DNA of 64,000 bases, taken from IMG/VR virus record IMGVR_UViG_3300023174_000052, positions 64,001 to 128,000 of that record, one strand, 5' to 3'. Of the stretch, positions 59,173 through 64,000 are shown piece by piece. Within the stretch, counting starts at the first letter, position 1, and every line of letters begins with the position of its first letter. Origin of the DNA: a virus. The translations under genes and the position numbers were made by a program. The notes below the pieces were generated by a model that saw nothing but the letters and a program-made list of their open reading frames with translations, ran no database searches and was not told where the DNA came from.

Positions 59173-60138
59173 TCAGAGTAACGAACCAGTCGTAATGTTG
59201 TTGATTCTAAAAATTAGACCACTCATTGGATTCCACTCGGTAGCTGTCTTTTTTAAATTTTCGAATTCTTCATTCGACATATCACCGACATCGATTCCAG
59301 CAGGAATCTTTACGAATTTTATAGAAATGTTATACTGATATAAAATCTTTGCTATTTTATGCGCTTTTATAATCGCATCTGGGTCTAATGCTATGGTTAC
59401 GTTCGTTTGGTTTTCAACTATCCTCCGAAATAACAAAGAATCCTGTGGTAACGTCGAACCTAATAAAGAGACTGCATTTTCACCAGCCTTGAATAAATCG
59501 AATGGACCTTCTACAAGAGTAAGAGGTTTCCTCCAATCGATATCGACTTCATTAAAAATGATCGACTTTCTATTGACCTTTGGATTAACGTATCGATACT
59601 TGGCATCAGGTTCAATCGAGCGAGCGGTCCAATAATTAATCTTTCCTTCTGAATCGAAAGAAGGTATGACGACTCTTCGTCTCAACCTACCACCGATAGC
59701 TCCTAAAATCCTATATCGATAAGCAGAGTCGATATCGATACCACGACGTTCCAAATAATTTACGATTGCCTGTGCGTCTGGGTCTGATGATTCGTATAAT
59801 TCGTCGATGTTCAATGCGTCAGGAAGTTCTACGACCTCGTCTTTGGGTTTTTCATCGTCGATAAAGTCAGAGCGAATGGCATTTTTTTCAAATCTTTCGC
59901 ACCACTCTCTGTGTAAAGACGGAGCAAACTTTCTTAAAAGTGAAGGTACAGAACGACCTTTTACTTCACATACCCAACAATGCCATTGTCCAGTATCAAT
60001 TTTAATAGCTAGCTTTTTCTTATTTTTCCCGCTTCCACACGCAGGACAAGAAAAAGCTACGTTAGCCCCGTCTCTTGCTACTTCGCAATCGCCCAGGGCT
60101 CTTTTCAGTAGCGTCAGTCTTTCGCCTACGTCGATCAT
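59173..60138 (-). CDS. DNA primase (Zn finger + Toprim)
   Basis: CPAC...HCWVC, YLERRGI, RVVIP, LVEGPFD, ALDPDA, DVGDM. Confidence 0.9.
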   Translation of the reverse strand: MIDVGERLTLLKRALGDCEVARDGANVAFSCPACGSGKNKKKLAIKIDTGQWHCWVCEVKGRSVPSLLRKFAPSLHREWCERFEKNAIRSDFIDDEKPKDEVVELPDALNIDELYESSDPDAQAIVNYLERRGIDIDSAYRYRILGAIGGRLRRRVVIPSFDSEGKINYWTARSIEPDAKYRYVNPKVNRKSIIFNEVDIDWRKPLTLVEGPFDLFKAGENAVSLLGSTLPQDSLLFRRIVENQTNVTIALDPDAIIKAHKIAKILYQYNISIKFVKIPAGIDVGDMSNEEFENLKKTATEWNPMSGLIFRINNITTGSLL

Positions 60139-60703
60139 GATTGATTGTAAACAGGTCTGGTTTGTTTTTTAACAACAATACAGCTCGAGCGATGACATAC
60201 GCGTCCATGGCATCTTCAACGCCCTTTTCCAGTACAGTCTCGCCTTTTCTTGGCCCACTCTTTAGTACTTTCGTTTGCCATGCGTAATCTTTTTCTTGAG
60301 AATCTACCCACATTTTAACGATCGCTTTTGGATCCGAACCCCGAGGAATCTTTATACCAAGATTATTTCTGGCTATGGTCACAGATATAACATCGGGCGG
60401 GATCGATAATACTTCTCTCGCGAGATAAGTCACTACACCATTAAATCTCGCGAGAGTCATTAAGACATGTGCCGATGAACGACCCCTTTGAAAACCCGTC
60501 AGATTAGCCTCTATTGAGACACGTTCTATGCCCCTTGTACTATATCGTTCTATCTCTTTCTTCACGTCCAGTGCTCTCTGGTGATGATCCGGAGAGTCTA
60601 AATAGACGAAGCTGGCTTCTATTAATTTTCCTGTTTCGTCGATCAGTGCAAAACCCGTACATGACGTGCTTACATCGATTCCGAGATATAATTTAGAAGT
60701 CAA
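60062..60703 (-). CDS. RuvC-like Holliday junction resolvase
   Basis: LGIDVSTSCTG, VSIE, LARFNG, DAMDAYVIA. Confidence 0.85.
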   Translation of the reverse strand: MTSKLYLGIDVSTSCTGFALIDETGKLIEASFVYLDSPDHHQRALDVKKEIERYSTRGIERVSIEANLTGFQRGRSSAHVLMTLARFNGVVTYLAREVLSIPPDVISVTIARNNLGIKIPRGSDPKAIVKMWVDSQEKDYAWQTKVLKSGPRKGETVLEKGVEDAMDAYVIARAVLLLKNKPDLFTINHDRRRRKTDATEKSPGRLRSSKRRG

Positions 60704-63014
60704 TTTTAGTTCTCACCATTATTCTATCGCTTGTTCGTTTATTAATAGGTTGCGCCAAGTCTGTCCTTGCAACTATGTTAAGATTATCATCATGAAAATT
60801 AACTCGACTTATTCGAATAAATCCTGTCTGTTCTTCGTTCACGTAATCAGAAAGATATAACGATTTCCAGTCTGGATTCGAGCTTGTGTTTAATTGCCAC
60901 GCTGGCGCGATCGCTGGTATTTCTAGAACGTCGACAGGTTGCATACCTCTCAAATTAACAGTGAATCCATCTTTTCCGAAAAGCTCTCCGTAATAAGGAT
61001 TAGTCACGACCGACAATCCTTCTGGGTACATCACAAAGCCAACACTCGACCATGTTGCATGTTCAGTATCAGCATCTGCTCTATATAAAAACCCCCTACC
61101 GTTATCTTTCAATCTTACCCGCATTGTTCCATTACTACCCGTCAACGATGGATCTATTAATTCGTAACTTTCAGGTAAAATTCGTGTACCATAAAATAGA
61201 TTGGACGCGTCGAAAAAAGTCACGGCATTTGAACTATCGTCCCTTGTTCTTTGGAAAATTGTCAAAACTGATCCAGGAGAAACGCCAGGATTTTCAGGCG
61301 ATGCTCCAGCGATTTGATTCAATATATCGCCATCTTGTATTAATCCTGGGAACAGCGAAGTTGTTGCAATAAGATGCGATAAATTAACGAAAGATAAATC
61401 AGGAGTTCCCATATCGGTGACAAACTTTTCCATGGCTCCACCGTATGAATAGTCGGAGTCAGTTCCGCTGTATAATAAAGAAAAATTAGGGTAAAATTTA
61501 CCATTATCGCATGGCAAAATTGTAAGATTTCTTCTGACAGTCGAACCTGTCGCGTAAAGATAAACGTTCGCTTCCAAGAATGTTGAAGAGTCGTAGTCTG
61601 CTTCGCTAGAAGTTAAAAACAATAGTCTAGGATAGTAACCTCTAACCATTTCTCTGAGGTGATTTTCTATATTTATTTGATGGCCACCTACACCAAAACT
61701 TAACGCTACGTTAAACGGGTCATCAGTTTCTAATATGTCAGACTGAAACGGCGTTTGTAATACTTTCCTTGTCTTCGTTTCTTTTCTAAAAAATGGTGGT
61801 AAATAAAAAAGTAAATCATTCTCAAGTTCTACACCATTAATACTACCGGACGCTAATGACTCTGAATCTCTTCTCGTTTTCCACAATCTTATTTCGTGTA
61901 GTTCTCCCTTAAAAGGGCTCCGCATATCGAAAGTTTCTGGTGCCTCGCTATCGTCGGGAGAATTAAACGCGTCAGTTACTCCTTCATCAACGATCGCAGT
62001 CTCTGAAAAGAAACCGTGCAATCCATTTAGAGATGTATTTGGACCATCGTAATAATTTCCTATCACGATGGCTGATCTATCATTATTCGAGGCGCTAAAT
62101 GGCAATAGATTTAAAGAACAAGAAAAAAATCCTGCAGAGTTACCGTCGATTATAAATGAACCTGTAGAATCATTGTGAGACGGTGACCATTGCACGGCAA
62201 CATGATGCCAGTGATTTTTAAATATCTTTAAATCTTCAGAAATAAACGCAAGATTAAGTTGTGAACTTCCGAGATTAGCAACATTAATACTTCTGGGATT
62301 TACGTCTGCACTATGTGATAGTTGTAATAGAACTCTAAACGAGTCTACTTCACCCTTATAATTTTTTTTGCTTCCACTCACTATAGAAACAGCGAGACAA
62401 GAAGACATATGCATGATTGTACCTGCGTCGTACGTCACACCGGTATATGATGGTTTAACATAAAATTCTAACGTAAAATCTTGCGACGGTGAATAAACAG
62501 GTAGGTTATTTTCTAATGGATTCGGATATACAATACTGGCAGACGTTGGACCGATATCATTAGGAAAGTGTATAGAATTATAATTTGTATAACCCCAACC
62601 GATTCCAGGTTGGGCGATTCTATAATGCGGCATTAAACTTGAACGTATGACATTCTTTCTTAATGTGTCAGACGTGAATTTAAATGAAGGTTCGAATCTT
62701 ATAACTTCTACAGATTTGTCGAATCTTGGATCAATAGCTGCATTATTCACAGCCGTCATATAATTTTCTAAAAAGATCTCAAAGTCTGATTCGTTTGAAT
62801 GTTCTTTCACATCTCTTAATGAACTTTCTGGCGAATTCTCAGAGTATGCAGCATCGTTGAATACGCTGGAATTTTTTTCGATTTCAGATAATCTTTTATA
62901 TACTCGAATCGTGCCGTCGATGCCCGTCGTTGAGGACGAAGTGAACGTCCGTATAGGACGAGCCATGACTGTGAAAGTGTCGAAGGCATCTACGGGTAAT
63001 TTTATGAATGCCAT
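60693..63014 (-). CDS. LamG/ConA-domain virion (baseplate/tail) protein (773 aa)
   Basis: FTLEFYVKP, WHHVAV, FKGELHEIRLW; C-terminal LAQPINKR...VRTKIDF. Confidence 0.7.
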   Translation of the reverse strand: MAFIKLPVDAFDTFTVMARPIRTFTSSSTTGIDGTIRVYKRLSEIEKNSSVFNDAAYSENSPESSLRDVKEHSNESDFEIFLENYMTAVNNAAIDPRFDKSVEVIRFEPSFKFTSDTLRKNVIRSSLMPHYRIAQPGIGWGYTNYNSIHFPNDIGPTSASIVYPNPLENNLPVYSPSQDFTLEFYVKPSYTGVTYDAGTIMHMSSCLAVSIVSGSKKNYKGEVDSFRVLLQLSHSADVNPRSINVANLGSSQLNLAFISEDLKIFKNHWHHVAVQWSPSHNDSTGSFIIDGNSAGFFSCSLNLLPFSASNNDRSAIVIGNYYDGPNTSLNGLHGFFSETAIVDEGVTDAFNSPDDSEAPETFDMRSPFKGELHEIRLWKTRRDSESLASGSINGVELENDLLFYLPPFFRKETKTRKVLQTPFQSDILETDDPFNVALSFGVGGHQINIENHLREMVRGYYPRLLFLTSSEADYDSSTFLEANVYLYATGSTVRRNLTILPCDNGKFYPNFSLLYSGTDSDYSYGGAMEKFVTDMGTPDLSFVNLSHLIATTSLFPGLIQDGDILNQIAGASPENPGVSPGSVLTIFQRTRDDSSNAVTFFDASNLFYGTRILPESYELIDPSLTGSNGTMRVRLKDNGRGFLYRADADTEHATWSSVGFVMYPEGLSVVTNPYYGELFGKDGFTVNLRGMQPVDVLEIPAIAPAWQLNTSSNPDWKSLYLSDYVNEEQTGFIRISRVNFHDDNLNIVARTDLAQPINKRTSDRIMVRTKIDF

Positions 63015-63056
63015 CCGTCATCTCCCTATGTCATGGATGTCGGGCGGCAAGACTTT

Positions 63057-64000
63057 TTAGAAGTCAAGCCTGACCCTGACCGTCAGGTCCTTTTCGTAAT
63101 TTTTTTCGATTGGTCTTGAGAATTTAGCGACAGCCAACAGATTATCGTTCGCATCGTATAGACCAATAGTCGTTGGGTACGTAAAACTAGTCTGGACATC
63201 TTCTTGACCAGCTTCTATAACAACGATTCTATCATCCGTGTCTGTATAAGTTGGATTCGTGGAATAGTTAAATTCGTCGGCAGTTGCTCTACAGAAAACG
63301 AGAGTTGAATTTATCGTAGTTTGATTCTGAAATGTGATGGCCGTATACGAACCCGACGAGAATCTGCAAGAAGCAACATGATCAATAATATCGTCCATCG
63401 AAGAAGAAACGAAAAAGTCGGGTATAAACTTGGCTGATCGATTCGAACTTGGGAACGATCCACTTCCTAAAATCGTAGTACCAGGACCATATAGAGTTCC
63501 TGTGGTCGCCGAAATTACTCCTGAAACGTGTTGATCTGCCCAAATAATCTTTTTAGCATCCAACACTACGATACCAGCGTCGTAAAATGCAAGACCTACT
63601 TTTCTAGAAGAGTTCGCTGCGTCAACTATATCGCCAACCTCTCCGCCGAATGTAACGCGTCTATTTGAAGTAGAACCCACGTCTGTAAATAATGTCGCGC
63701 CAAAATCTGATGTTCTGCTAACATTCGAACCCGTATACGCGTTCGCTATGGCGCGCTCTTCAACAGAAGCGTAGGGACTACCGTCCAATGTAGCTGTCAC
63801 GTAAAATCTCATAGCGAAAGATTCTCGCTTTAATTTATCACGCATAAATAAGCGTTTGAAATCTAAAAAGATAGCCTCGTCGATTCTATCGTCAGCGGCA
63901 GTCGAATCAAATGGCGAATAAAATGATTCCTCATTATCTCCAAGTAATTTACCAGCGTGAAGACGATACATATCAACTTTTTCTCGCATCATTAATGATG
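63057..64000 (-). CDS. 3' part of a virion structural protein (runs off right edge)
   Basis: Frame open to the window end; FCRA..DEFNYSTNPT, TTIGLYDANDNLLAVAKFSRPIEK...VRLDF. Confidence 0.75.
   Translation of the reverse strand, partial: SLMMREKVDMYRLHAGKLLGDNEESFYSPFDSTAADDRIDEAIFLDFKRLFMRDKLKRESFAMRFYVTATLDGSPYASVEERAIANAYTGSNVSRTSDFGATLFTDVGSTSNRRVTFGGEVGDIVDAANSSRKVGLAFYDAGIVVLDAKKIIWADQHVSGVISATTGTLYGPGTTILGSGSFPSSNRSAKFIPDFFVSSSMDDIIDHVASCRFSSGSYTAITFQNQTTINSTLVFCRATADEFNYSTNPTYTDTDDRIVVIEAGQEDVQTSFTYPTTIGLYDANDNLLAVAKFSRPIEKNYEKDLTVRVRLDF

Noticed and set aside
60062-60138. 77-nt RuvC/primase overlap as functional dual coding
   Set aside because: The RuvC tail is low-complexity basic sequence beyond the last catalytic motif; most likely simple stop-codon drift.
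1843-63060. Numerous plus-strand ORFs in the track (e.g. 27803-28861, 1843-2325, 51645-52304)
   Set aside because: Antisense shadows of well-supported minus-strand genes, with no motifs or RBS. Only 6556-7800 is credible.
1-64000. Stop-codon reassignment as in some jumbo phages
   Set aside because: Conserved genes are full-length in code 11, and TAA, TAG and TGA all terminate genes at expected ends.
1-64000. CRISPR array, tRNA or rRNA genes
   Set aside because: No spaced direct repeats or cloverleaf seen by eye; intergenic gaps are short. A tRNAscan/Infernal run would be needed to be certain.

Overview
This 64-kb window is part of a large T4-like (myovirus, jumbo-phage-type) genome read in the standard genetic code, with all but one real gene on the minus strand. 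In transcription order (right to left) it carries: two baseplate/tail proteins; RuvC; primase; a fused Mre11-Rad50 (SbcD-SbcC); the head module (terminase, portal, prohead protease, scaffold, major capsid); neck proteins; TWO tandem tail-sheath genes; tube; gp26/gp51-like chaperones; tape measure; baseplate genes; a replication block (minimal PolA, degenerate HD protein, gp32-like SSB, RecA, 5'-3' nuclease, helicase); a class II ribonucleotide reductase fractured by a naturally split intein with a free-standing endonuclease between the halves; ClpP; a lone plus-strand vWA lipoprotein; a thyX / MBD4-like glycosylase / DUF1599 / dUTPase-like cluster; and repeat-rich tail fibres. Most interesting signals: (1) the trans-splicing RNR split at its radical cysteine; (2) a eukaryote-MBD4-like T:G glycosylase in a genome that looks CpG-enriched; (3) a probable +1/-2 frameshift joining gp26- and gp51-like chaperones; (4) shared putative head-targeting motifs and [S/T]-[G/A/S]-S enrichment in virion proteins. 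All family assignments come from motif recognition by eye; no database search was run.
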